This document shows positions 50,552-62,503 of a stretch of 64,000 nucleotides of DNA, in pieces; position 1 is the first letter of the stretch, and each line of letters opens with the position of its first letter. The stretch spans positions 77,140,079 through 77,204,078 of the forward strand of contig NC_057718.1 in assembly GCF_004010195.1 (NCBI RefSeq), in the 5' to 3' direction. The position numbers and the translations under genes were made by a program. Below the pieces are notes generated by a model. It saw nothing but the letters and a program-made list of their open reading frames with translations, was not told where the DNA came from and made no database searches. The DNA comes from Chiloscyllium plagiosum (taxonomy: Eukaryota).

Positions 50552-50889
50552 AAAATTTGAGAAAGCCTACATGCCTTGCTGTAATTGTAATAAGCATTTT
50601 CAAGGTAGATTGGGGTAAAGTAGTTCCTTATTTTTTAAAAACATTCATTTTGACAGTAGTTGGTAATGTTCTTGCATCCTAAAGTTCCAATTTAATTATT
50701 GGATCATCCTTGAAAGCCTACAAATCAATAGAAACTTCTAGTGATGAGTAATTCATCTTAGAGTCAGTGTTTCTTTTAAAATGTAGCTGTTGCACGCGGC
50801 TAGTTTTTTCAATGTGTGATCCCATCAGATTTATCTATCCTGGTCAAAACTTATCAAGTTATGTGTGTTGTCTAAACCAGCACAATTAT

Positions 50890-51210
50890 GTGGACACTCC
50901 AGGCCATATCTTAGTTCAGTGAGATACTGAAGGAGTATTGCAGTGTTGGAAGTGCCTATGTTTGGATGAGATATTGAACTCATGCCCTTCCAGATGGATG
51001 TAAATGAAATGCTAGCATAATTTGAAGAAGAGCAATGGAGCTCTTCCTAGTGTATTGGCCAATATTTAGCCCTGACCCAGTAACACAAGGGTGGACATTA
51101 TCTCATTTCTGTTTTCTGTTAGATTTTGCTGTGCTCAAGTTGGCAGATACATTTCCCTTATTACAATAATGATTACAATTCAAACGTATTTCAGTCTGTA
51201 AAGCAATTAA
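50890..51210 (+). mobile_element. Deu-domain SINE (SacSINE1/AmnSINE1-like), degenerate
   Basis: ggatgaga...ggatgtaaa...tttgaagaagagca...ggccaatattta...ttgctgtgc...attacaa...ctgtaaagc matches my recollection of the Deu consensus. Confidence 0.65.
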
Positions 51211-51759
51211 GGTTAAGTTAAAACAGATCTCTGACATCTTGGTGATGTTATCCCTTTCTAAGATCATGTCGTTATCATAGACCAGTGTACTGTAATCACC
51301 ATAAAGGGTGGAGAAGAGGAGACAGAAAAGAGATGTGAAGGAAGGTAAGAGAATAGGAAGAGAAGAATAAAAATGTTGGTTGAAATGAGTGTATAGAAAG
51401 ACGAAGAGTAGAAAGGTTAAAAAAAAAGCAGAGGAAAAGGGGAAGAAGATGATGGAGAAAGGGAGAGGAGGGAAAATAACTGTCCTCCAAAAGCCTTAGA
51501 ATGTAATTTCATCTCCTAAATTTATACTTATCTTTTCTACAGTTATTTGTTGAATAATCCTTGTAATCCAATTTCCACCCCTGCCCATGCAATTAAATGG
51601 CTGTAATGAAAGTCAGAAATGATACTGTCTGATACTTGTCAGTGCCTCCCAAATCAACTTGATCGCATTCTTCAGCATGATTGACCCTGCACCATTCCCT
51701 TTTAGTTTGGAATCCAACTAGGTGGGAATACTATCCTTATCTAGTTTCTCCCTTACATA

Positions 51760-51885
51760 TGTTTGGAGGAGTATGGGCCAAGCACAGACAGTCAGACTAG
51801 TTTAGTTTGGGATTATGGTCAGCATGGACTGGTTGGACTGAAGGGTCTGTTTCCCTGCTGTATGACTCCATGATTCTATGAATAT
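51760..51885 (+). mobile_element. CR1 3' tail fragment
   Basis: ggaggagtatgggccaag...ggactgaagggtctgtttccctgctgtatgactc. Confidence 0.7.
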
Positions 51886-52049
51886 CCAGCCTCTACTTCT
51901 GAATTCCAAAAAGATCTATGCTCGTCTCCTTCTCATTTCACATTTATGTGTTTTCCTCTAGTGGCATTAACTGGATCCACAACTTTGGATTCTATATTCA
52001 CCAAACTGATTCAACCTCTTTATAATCTCTGATTTTGCAAACAAACAAA

Positions 52050-54160
52050 ATAAACTAAATTAGCCCCTCTTGCCTGCATTTGGCCCATATCCATCTAAAC
52101 GTTTCCTATTCATGGACCCATCCAAATGTTTTTAAATGGTTTAACTGTACTTGCATCCACCACTTCCTCTGGCAGTTCATTCGACACATGAACCACCATC
52201 TGTGTAAAAAAAAAAGGGGCCCTCAAGTCCCTTCTAAATCTTTCTCCACTCACCTTAAAAATATGCACCCTTGTTTTGAACTCCCCACTCTAAGGAAAAG
52301 ACCTTTGCTGTTCACCTTAGCTATGCCTCTCGTGATTTTATAAACCTCTATAAAATCATCCCTCAACTCCCAAACTCCTGTGAAAAAAGTCCCAACCTAT
52401 CCAGCCTCTCCTTATAATTCAAACCCTCCAGTCCCAGCAACATTCTGATGAGTTTTTTCTGAACCCTCATAATATCCTTCCTATAGCAGGGCAACCAGAA
52501 CTGTACACAATACTCCAAAAGTGGCCTCACCAACATCCTGTACAATCTTAACATGATGTTCCAAATCCTATACTGCATTCTCAAGCAATGAAGGCAAGAG
52601 TGCTAACTGCCTTCTTAACCAATCTGTTTACCTGTGACACAACTTTCAAAGAACTATATACATGAACTCCTAGGTCTCTCTGTTCTGCAACACCACCCAG
52701 GGCCCTACCATTAATTGTATAAATCCTGCCCTTGTTCACTTTACCAAAATGCAATACCCCACATTTATCCAAATTAAACTCTATCTGCTTCTCCTCAGCC
52801 TATTGGCCCAAAACATCAAGATTCATTTGTAATCTTAGATAACCTTATTTACTGTCGACTATGCCATCTATTTTGGTGACATCTGCAAACTTACTAACTT
52901 CTTCCTAAATTCTCATCCAAATTGTTTAATAAATGACAAACAACAGTGGACCCAACACTGATCTTTATGGAACATAAGCCTTCAGTCCAAAAAAACGACC
53001 CTCCACTACTACCCTCTGTCTCCCACTGTCAAGCTAATTTAAGCTCTCCCCGAAACCCATATAAACTAATTTTACTGATCAGTCTACCATGTGGAATCTT
53101 GTTAAAGGTTTTACTAAAGTCCATGTAGACAATGTCTGCTGCTCTGCTCTCATCAATATTTTTTGGTTACATCTTCAAAAAACTCAATCAGGTTGTGAGA
53201 CACAATTTCTCATGCACAAAGCTATGCTGACTATCCCTAATCAGACCTTGCCTTTCCAAATGGATGTAAATCCTATCTCTCAGAATCCCCTCCAACAACT
53301 TAGATGCTAGACTCACCAGTCTATAGTCTCTAGTCTTCTCCTTGCAGCCTTATAAAATAAAGCACAACAGTAGCCATCCTCCAGTCCTATGGCACCTCAC
53401 CCATGTCTATAGGTGATACAAATGTCTCTGCTAGGAGCCTCGCAATTTCTTCCCTAACTTGCCACAACATCCTGGGATACGTTTGATCAAGTCCTGGACA
53501 TTCATCCACCTTATGTTTTTTAAGACTCCAGCACCTCATCTTTTGTAATGTGGACTACTTTCAAGGCATAAATATTTATTTCCCTGAGTTTCCTAGCCTC
53601 TATGTCTTTCTCTACAATACGCTCTCTTTGACAAAGCCATGTTGACTCCTCTGATTTCCTTGAACTTATCAAAGTACACTGTTATAATGTTTTTAATAAT
53701 ATTCTAACATTTTCCTATAACAGATGTTAAGCTAAAAGGCCTGTACCTTCTTGTATTTTTCCTCCCTTCATTTTTGAACAACGGGGTTACGTTAGCGGTT
53801 TTCCAAACTAAAGGAATCTTTTCAATCCAAATTTTGGAAAATTAAAACCAATTTATCAAATGTCACACTAGCTACTTCTTTTAAGGATGTGGGGATTTAT
53901 CAACTTGCAGTTCCAACTATTTACTCAGTACCACCTCTGTAGCAATTGTAAATTTCTTGAGTACCTCCTTCCCTCCCTCCCTTATTTCCTTTCAATTCTT
54001 GGTTTATAGCTATTTCTGAAGTGGTATTTGCATCCTGTATAGTTAAGAGTGGTGAAAACTATCTGTTCAGTCTATCTGTCATCTGTTTATTCTCCACTAC
54101 TAAATTTCTGGAAATGTTTTTCTACTGGGCAAACACTTACTTTATTAACTCTTTTCCTTT
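52050..54160 (-). mobile_element. CR1 LINE (52050-~53620) followed by an older CR1 fragment
   Basis: LVRPLLEYCVQFWLPCYRKD, DKCGVLHFGK, RT motifs in reverse. Confidence 0.88.
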
Positions 54161-54179
54161 AGATTTTATAGTAGTTGAT

Positions 54180-54460
54180 ATAACTGAATGACTTTTGGCC
54201 ATTCATAACTCAGTTTAGAGTCAACCATATTGCTATGGGTCAGGAGTTACATGTAAGCCAAATAAGGTAAGGACAACAGTTTCTTTCCTTCAAGGACATG
54301 AGTGAACCTGATTAGCTTTTACAACATTATTAGACTTTTAATTCTAGACTTTTTGCAATTGAATGCAAATTCCATCATCTGCTGTGTTATGATTTGACCC
54401 TGAATTCCCAGAACATTAATTGGGTTTCTAGATTACTAATCCAACAACAATACCACTAGG
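54180..54460 (-). mobile_element. tRNA-derived SINE, family 2
   Basis: Similar to 31600-31890. Confidence 0.6.
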
Positions 54461-55019
54461 TCTCTGATGTATCCACAAGAAAGAGACCTCACTCTCTTAG
54501 GTGAGCTTCTCAATAACTTGCAGCTATACCTGCTTTGTTACAGAGACATCTCTCTCACATGTGCTGGGAAAGCATCTGCCTGCAGGCCCTTTAAGGTTAT
54601 AAAATGACCTCCCGAGTACCAATGTGGTATTTAGTTGGGACGTTCTTTCATCTTTGAGACTCCAAAATTGAAGTGTGTTCTGACAGTTGTGGCATGCATC
54701 CTTCTGATCCATGTTCAGTTCCTTTTAGTTACCGAGGTTTGAACAGTTAAGTGTGGTTCATCATTGTATCTATCTGCCCCTGTTGGTCAGGAAATCCAGA
54801 AACAGTAAACTAATTCAGTAGCTGAGTTAAAAAGCTACATTAAAGCCCATTCTACTCATGTTCGCCTTTTTAACCCAGTGCCACCTACCCTCTATGTGAA
54901 CATGTTCATTAGTTAAAATTTTTACAATTATCTTCACTCTCCGCCCTCTGCTCTGTCCTCCCTTCTGGCTGTTGTTTGAGAGAGCAGATGGGACCTCAGT
55001 TATATATGATCTTTATTAT

Positions 55020-57260
55020 TGTTTAGATTAAGGGCTGTTATATTTGCTAATGGTACAAATACAGTCGGAGAGGAGTTGTGACGAAAATATAAAGAGTCTG
55101 CAAAATAAATAGATAGGTAAAGTGAGTGAGCAAAAAAAAATGGAATGTGATGTAGGAAAATTAGAGATTGTCCACATTGATGGGAAGAATGGAAAGCAGA
55201 TTATTGAATGAAGAGACTTCAGAATGTTTCTGCACAGAGGTACTAGGTCACCTTGTACATGAATTACATAATGTTTGCATGTAGGTACTGCAAATAATTA
55301 GTAAAGCAAACTGAATGTTGGTCTTTATTGCAAGGGGATTAGATTATAAAATTAAATCTGTTTTATCAGAACTGTACAGGACATTGTTGGAAAGCTGTGT
55401 ATAATTTTGGTTGTTATACATAAGAAGAGATATACCTAAATTGAAGACAGGTAAGTAGGCTGATTTCTGAGAGAAAAGATTTGCTTTATGAAGAAAGGTT
55501 GAACATATTGGATTTAGTCTTTTTGAAGTTGGAAGATGCTTTTATTAAAACAAATAAGATTCTGCAGGAGTTTGACAAGATGAATGCTGAGAGGATTCAA
55601 GTTCTCCCTTGTGTGGGAGCTTAGAACTAATGAGCTCAGTTTAACATTAAGATGTTGGCCTGTTAAGAAGTAGAAGGAGAGAATTTTCTTCTTTCAGAAG
55701 TCTTTGAAATTCTGTTCCACTGCTAATACTGGAGACCGGATCTTTGAATCCTGAATTAGACACAATTTTGCTTTAAAGGAGTTGAGATTTGTTTGGGACA
55801 GCAAGAAAATGGAGTTAAAGTAACAATTAGATTAGACATAAATTATTGCATGGGGAATGGGGTTGAGGAATTGAATTAATCCCCCTCTATTTTTAGTGAT
55901 ATCTGACTATTAATGTTTCATCTGGTAAATAGCTGTCTGTCAGTATTGCTCTGATATAGACAATTTAGAGTAGTGATATGTGTGGTCAAAATGTCTCAAG
56001 CATTGTTCCAACCTCCTGAACTTTACTAGCTGTCAGGAACACTTTCTCCATACTTTGTTCCTCACCACACCTGGAACTTAGAATCTATCTTATATGCTCA
56101 CAACCCTCTAACTGTAAGTTTAGTGTTTCCCAATGCCATTCCATTGTTCCTAGACAATGAGAATACCTTTCCCAATATCTGTGTGAATCCTATGCCTAGG
56201 ATTCCTTTCCTAATAATTCGAGCATTTCTTAAAACTCCCTCTTCAGTGTTGTTGCAATCTGGGATTCTCTCCCGCATTTCTGGAGCCTGCCATAAAGTAT
56301 TGGTATGACTGCCAACACTGCATGATCCCAGGACAATCTTTAAAGCTAGTGAATCAGTTTGCCGGTAATACTACATAGCACAACAATTCTATGCATTAAA
56401 AAAAAAATCACTGATTTACCATGAGCAATGACATAAGATGTAATAATACTTTAAAAACTTTTATTTTCAGACACTACGTTTCTACTTTCGCCATTAAAAC
56501 TTGCTACTTTCACATTTATAATGGAATAAAGAAGAGAGTAGCCAATATAGATATATATGCCATAGACCAGATAAATTATTATGGAGACTGAAGAAATGGC
56601 AGAGACATTGAACAAATATATCTGTTTTCATAATAGAAAATTGAGGATTACTTACTAGAAATAAAACAATGGTAACAATGGTAACAATTGGCTGGTAACA
56701 ATGATGAAATTAGGATAATTACTGGCAGCAGAAAAAGTATACTGAAAATAATTTGAGTGATTAAAATCTGCCAAACTCCCAGGACCTTATAATCTATGCA
56801 TTCAGGTTCTAAAAGAAACAGTAGCAGAGACAGTAGATGCACAGGCTAATACTTTAGAAAAAAATCCAGATTCTGGACTAGTCTGTGCAGATTGGAAGTT
56901 AGCAAATTTAGTGCAGCTATTCAAGAATGGAGGAAGAAAGAAAACAAGGGAACTATAGGTCAATTAGGGTGACATCAGTCATTGGGAAGATGCTGGAATT
57001 ATTTATTGGAGAAAACTTAACAATGCAAAGTGTGATTAGCTCAAATAGCAAATTTGACATATTTATTAGTTTTCTGGGGGGATAAAAATAATGGAATTAA
57101 TAAAAGGAAGTCTATGGATGTGGTTTACTTGGATTTCAAAAAGAAAATTGGTGAGGTACCCTAAAAAAGGTTAACACAAGATAACGATTTGTACACTTGA
57201 AAGTTTTAAATTAGTATGAATAGAGGATTTGTTGATAGAAAGTAGGAAGCCAGGACATTT
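55020..57260 (+). mobile_element. Highly decayed CR1 fragments (~55020-55880 and ~56460-57260)
   Basis: Degenerate RT and C-terminal motifs (gaaatggcagagacattgaacaaata, gatgtggtttacttggatttc). Confidence 0.6.
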
Positions 57261-57444
57261 ACAACTTGTGGCTAGAACTTCAACTTATGTTGATGAGAGA
57301 GTAGGACAAGTGGTATACATAGTGTGACACACAGTTAATGAGGCATGTTTGGAAAAAAATAGCACAAGAAAACTCACTCAGTCTCTTCAAAATGCTACTA
57401 AGCTGACTTCTGGCAAGCTTCAGCCCTATGATGTGATGGAAATT

Positions 57445-58550
57445 CATAGACTTGTGCAGCACAGTCCAACTCGTCCATCCTGACCAGATATCCTAAGTTA
57501 ACCTAGTCCCATTCACTAGCACTTGGTCTATATCCCTGTAAACCTTCCAAATTATATACCCATCCAGGTGCCTTTCAAATCTTGTAATTTTACCAGCATC
57601 CATCACATTCTCTGTCAGTTCATTCCATACACTCACCACCCTCTGCGTGAACAAGTTGCTCCTTAGATCACTTTTATATCTTTCCCCTCTCATCTATGCC
57701 ATCTACTTTTGGACTCCAGTAACTTGGGAAAAAGACCCTGGGTATTCAGGAAAATTAACGTTTCGGGCAAAAGCCGTTCATCACTTTCAACCTGGTTATT
57801 CACCCTATCCATGCCCCTCATGATTTTATAAACCTCTATCAGGTTACCCCTCAATCTCCAAGGAAAATAGTCCCAGCCTGTTCAGCCTCTCCCTATAGCT
57901 CAAACCCTGGTAACATACTTGTAATTTTTTTCTGCCCCCTTTCAAGTTTAACAACATTTTTCCTATAGAAGTGAGACCAGAATTGAATGCAGTATTCCAA
58001 AAGTAGCCTAACTAATGTCCTGTACAGCCATCACATAACATCCCAACTCCTATACTCAATGCACTGACCCATAAAACAAGTGTACCAAAAGTCTTCTTCA
58101 CTACTCTATTTACCTGTGATTCCACCTTCAAGGAACTATGAACCTGTACCCTAAGGTCTGTTTCTTTTGCAATAGTCCCCAAGACCAACTGTTAAGTGTA
58201 TAAGTCCTGCCCTGATTTGCCTTACCAAAACGCAACACTTCGCATTTACCGAAATTAAATTCCATCTGCTGCTCCTCCTATTGGCCCATCTGATCAAGGT
58301 CCCTTTGTACTCTGAGATAATCTTCACTCTCCACCACACCACCAATTTTGGTGTCACCTGCTAACTTACTAACCATTCCTCCTATATTCACATCCAAATC
58401 ATTTACACAAATGACAAAAAACAGTGGACTCAGCACTGATCATTCTGGTACACTGCTGGTCACAAGCCTCCAGTCTGAAAAACAAACCTGCACCATCAAC
58501 CACGCCTCTTACCTTCAAGCCAATTTTGTATCTAAATGGCTCGTTCTCCC
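57445..58550 (-). mobile_element. CR1 LINE, 5'-truncated, with a 42-bp insertion
   Basis: NLFTQRVVSVWNELT; DDTKIGGVV-like RT end. Confidence 0.9.
57749..57790 (-). mobile_element. 42-bp insertion consisting almost entirely of a hammerhead-like core
   Basis: Minus strand ttgaaagTGATGAacggcttttgcccGAAAcgttaattttcc; flanks cctgg(g/t)tattca at 57737-57748 and 57791-57802. Confidence 0.7.
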
Positions 58551-58686
58551 TGGATAGTGACTTCCTGGATGTTATTTTTAAATTAGAAATAATAACCAGG
58601 ATCCAGTAAATCATTTGATGTTGTTTCGGCTGTTAAACAAAACAATTGTCGTTTTAAATTATTATGTATTGTTTTAAATCATATAG

Positions 58687-58816
58687 AAGATGATCAATCC
58701 AGACAACTCCAAGTCAAACTTCTACAACTGGAAACAGAAATTGAACGCTTCAAAGTAGAAAACACAACATTAGCCAAAATGAAAGAGAAACAAGAACTAG
58801 CCATGGAAAGTCTCAG
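58687..58816 (+). CDS. CENPJ: CENPJ-like exon F (130 nt, phase 1-2): EDDQSRQLQVKLLQLETEIERFKVENTTLAKMKEKQELAMESLR (coiled coil)
   Basis: Acceptor atatag, donor CAG/gtaggt; resembles CPAP [25 protein letters not shown]; phase fits exon E. Confidence 0.92.
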
Positions 58817-59583
58817 GTAGGTTTCAAAATTATGATCATGTCTGCTTGTAAGCAGATTCTATTCCACACTTACTGAAGTGAAACGACCAATAACTGCAGA
58901 CAAAATGACTTGTCACATTATCATCCTCTGAACCCTCCACACACACTGTCTAGCACCCAAGTTCAGTCCATTGTGGTGCAAAGGCTGACACTATTATTAA
59001 AATGTCGTCATGCCCATCCAACCACTGATATCCTTTAGCATCTGGAATTGACATCATCACAATTTGTTCCACCTTTAGATAAAAGATGAAATGTTGAAAG
59101 AAAATGACTGTGTCATAATTGTCTTGCTGTGACCATTTCAACCTGTGTTTATTCTCTGTCATGTGTTATGTATGTTCAATCAGTTGAGGAAGTAAAATTG
59201 GTGGATAAGGATTGCTGAATGACAGAAACATGGAAGGTTTAATCTCTATATCTGTTGATAAATTACATAATCCTATTTCAATGTTAGGGGTTATTACTGT
59301 AGTCAGTGTCTGCTCTGAGCACTTCTCAGTGGTCTCCATAGTCAATAGTGCAGAGTTATATAATGGAATGGAACTCCACCTGATGTGTTTGCAAATTGAT
59401 TACCTCAGTCTTATTTCATCTATACAGTCAGAACCTTTAAAGGTTCATGCTTTAAAAAGTGTCCCCAATCGCATTGTAGTGAATTCGTGTTAACGAAACA
59501 CGTTATAGCAGAATAACCTGTACTATTGATGGAAAGTTCTTCTTTTCATTGTCCATAAATCTGAATGACTGTAGATTTATAGG

Positions 59584-60693
59584 AGAAAGTGAGGTCTGCA
59601 GATGCTGGAGATCAGAGCTGGAAATGTGTTGCTGGAAAAGCGCAGCAGGTCAGGCAGCATCCAGGGACCAGGAGAATCGACGTTTCGGGCATAAACCCTT
59701 CTTCAGGAAGATTCGCGACCCCCGTGGCTATGGGGAATAACTCTGTCTCTGCGGTCGCCGCAGCCACTTCCGCCCCCAGTGACGTCACTAACCTACACGC
59801 CCACAACGCCGCATGTGTCTCCGCCCCCACGCCGATCTCCACGCCTAACCCCGCCCCCCTGGCGAGTTCCGTCACCACGCCTAACCCCGCCCCTTCGCCG
59901 ATCTCCGACTGCATGCCTAACNNNNNNNNNNNNNNNNNNNNNNNNNNNNNNNNNNNNNNNNNNNNNNNNNNNNNNNNNNNNNNNNNNNNNNNNNNNNNNN
60001 NNNNNNNNNNNNNNNNNNNNNNNNNNNNNNNNNNNNNNNNNNNNNNNNNNNNNNNNNNNNNNNNNNNNNNNNNNNNNNNNNNNNNNNNNNNNNNNNNNNN
60101 NNNNNNNNNNNNNNNNNNNNNNNNNNNNNNNNNNNNNNNNNNNNNNNNNNNNNNNNNNNNNNNNNNNNNNNNNNNNNNNNNNNNNNNNNNNNNNNNNNNN
60201 NNNNNNNNNNNNNNNNNNNNNNNNNNNNNNNNNNNNNNNNNNNNNNNNNNNNNNNNNNNNNNNNNNNNNNNNNNNNNNNNNNNNNNNNNNNNNNNNNNNN
60301 NNNNNNNNNNNNNNNNNNNNNNNNNNNNNNNNNNNNNNNNNNNNNNNNNNNNNNNNNNNNNNNNNNNNNNNNNNNNGGAACGTTTGGACGTTTCGGGCAT
60401 AATCCCAGACCGTCCATAACCTCATCACCTCGGGGGATCTCCCATCCACCGCCTCCAACCTCATAGTCCCACAACCCCGCACCTCCCGCTTCTACCTCCT
60501 GCCCAAAATCCACAAACCTGACTGCCCCGGCCGACCCATTGTCTCCGCCTGCTCCTGCCCCACCGAACTCATCTCCGCATACCTTGACACCGTCCTGTCC
60601 TTTCCTGAAGAAGGGCTTATTCCCGAAATGTCGATTCTCCTGTTCCCTGGATGCTGCCTGACCTGCTGCGCTTTTCCAGCAACACATTTCCAG
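59584..60693. mobile_element. Penelope-like element with inverted pLTRs, RT fragment and two hammerhead motifs (59675-59709 minus, 60602-60636 plus); spans an assembly gap
   Basis: Perfect 15-bp TSD ctgtagatttatagg (59569-59583, 60694-60708); + strand 60406-60600 reads PQPRTSRFYLLPKIHKPDCPGRPIVSACSCPTELISAYLD. Confidence 0.9.
59922..60376. other. Assembly gap (455 N)
   Basis: Run of n; a 3-N gap also occurs at 6454-6456. Confidence 1.
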
Positions 60694-60928
60694 CTGTAGA
60701 TTTATAGGGCTTTGTAATCTATACATTGTGGTTACTTGAAACTGCTAATTATTTTCTCAATGAATTGGAACTGGCCATCAAAATATCTGGGAGGTTTGAT
60801 CCTAAATCTTCAAAGCAATAGTGCAAGCATTTGTCTTTGGTGACAGAGATTTTCAGTGCAGAAGATATTGCCATATAACTCAAGGGTAGACATCATTATT
60901 TCAGTATTTATGTATAATGCAAGCATTT

Positions 60929-62030
60929 GCCCGAATATGGCATCAAAGAGTCCTAGCAAAACTGGAATCAATGGGTATTGGGAGCAAACTCTCCAGTGGC
61001 TAGACTCATATCTGACACATAGGAAAATGGTCGTGGTTGTTGGAGGTCAGTCATCTTATCTGCAGGATATCTCTTAGGAATTCCTCAGTGTAGTGTCCCC
61101 GACCCAACCATCTTCAGCTGCTTCATTAATGACCTTCTTTCTGTCGTAAGGTCCGAAGTGGGGATGATCACCGACAATTGTACAATGTTCAACACCATTC
61201 ACGACACTCAAACGCTAAAGCAGTACGTGTCCAAATGCAACAAGATCTGGACAATATCCAGGCTTGGGCTGACAAGTGGCAAGTAACATTCACGTCACAC
61301 AAATGCTAGGCTATGACCATCACCAATAAGAGACAATCTAAGCACCGCCCCATGACACCATCGCTGAATCCCTCACTATCCAACATCCTGGGATTTATTA
61401 TTGATCAGTAACTCAACCGGACTCACCACATAAATGCAGTGGCTGCAAGAGCAGGCCAAAGGCTAGGAATACTGATTGAATAACTCACCTCCTGACTCCT
61501 GAAAACCTGTCTGCCATCTACAAGGCACAAGTCAAGAGTGTGTGATAGAATACTCCCCACTTTCCTGGATGAGTGCAGTCCCAACAATACGCAAGAAGCT
61601 TGATATCGTCCAGGACAGAGCAGCCCGCTTGATTGGCACTGTATCCATGAGCATCCACTCTCTCCACCTGTAATGCTCAGTAGCAGCAGTGTATACTATC
61701 AACAAGATGCACTGCAGATTTTCATCAAAGATCTTCAAGTAGCACCTTCCAAACCCACAACCACTTCTATCTGGAAGGACAAGGGCAGCAGATATATGGG
61801 AACACCACCACCATCAAGTTCCCTTCCAAGATTCTCACCTTCCTGACTTCGAAATACCTTGGTGTTCCTTTATTGTTGTTGGGTCAAAATCCTGGAATTC
61901 CCTCCCTAATGGCATTGTGGATCAACCCACAGCAGGGGGACTGTAGCGATTCAAGAAGACATTTCATCCCTACCTGCTCAAGGGGAGCTAGGAATGGCCA
62001 GCCAGCAATGCCCACATCGCATAAAAAAAG
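60929..62030 (+). mobile_element. CR1/L2-group LINE, 5'-truncated
   Basis: QWLDSYLTHRKMVVVVGGQSS, PTIFSCFINDL, QQDLDNIQAWADKWQVTF, A-rich end. Confidence 0.9.
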
Positions 62031-62372
62031 TTTTAAAAATGCCATATTCATGAATAATGGCATATTTGGTGTTGAACTACTTCACACCACTGACATATGT
62101 CTCACTGTCATGTGCAAGGAGTTATTTGACTCTTCAGTACTGATCTATTTCTGTAAGGGACTTCCATTTCAAATCAAGGCCAATAGGTTTCCATGCAACA
62201 CAAGCAGAGATCACAGTTTGCTGAAACTTATCATGTTTCAGTTAATCTCACTTCAATCATGATTATTTTTATTCATATATTTACATAGCACTTCATCTTC
62301 CCTGAATAATGGGGAAATTATTGAAAGTGTTATGTTGATTAACCTGCAAGACTGCCTCATAAATGCTCCAAG

Positions 62373-62503
62373 AGAAAGTGAGGACTGCAGATGCTGGAGA
62401 TCAGAGCTGAAAATGTGTTGCTGGAAAAGCGCAGCAGGTCAGGCAGCATCCAAGGAACAAGAGAATCGACGTTTTGGGCATGAGCCCTTCTTCAGGAATG
62501 AGG
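62373..62503 (-). mobile_element. PLE pLTR fragment with a core-mutated hammerhead (GAAA>AAAA)
   Basis: Near copy of 59584-59709. Confidence 0.8.

Noticed and set aside
51300..51480. Purine-rich tract as a functional element
   Set aside because: Simple low-complexity sequence with no further structure
59589..60726. Several 200-276-aa ORFs
   Set aside because: Artefacts of translating through the N gap
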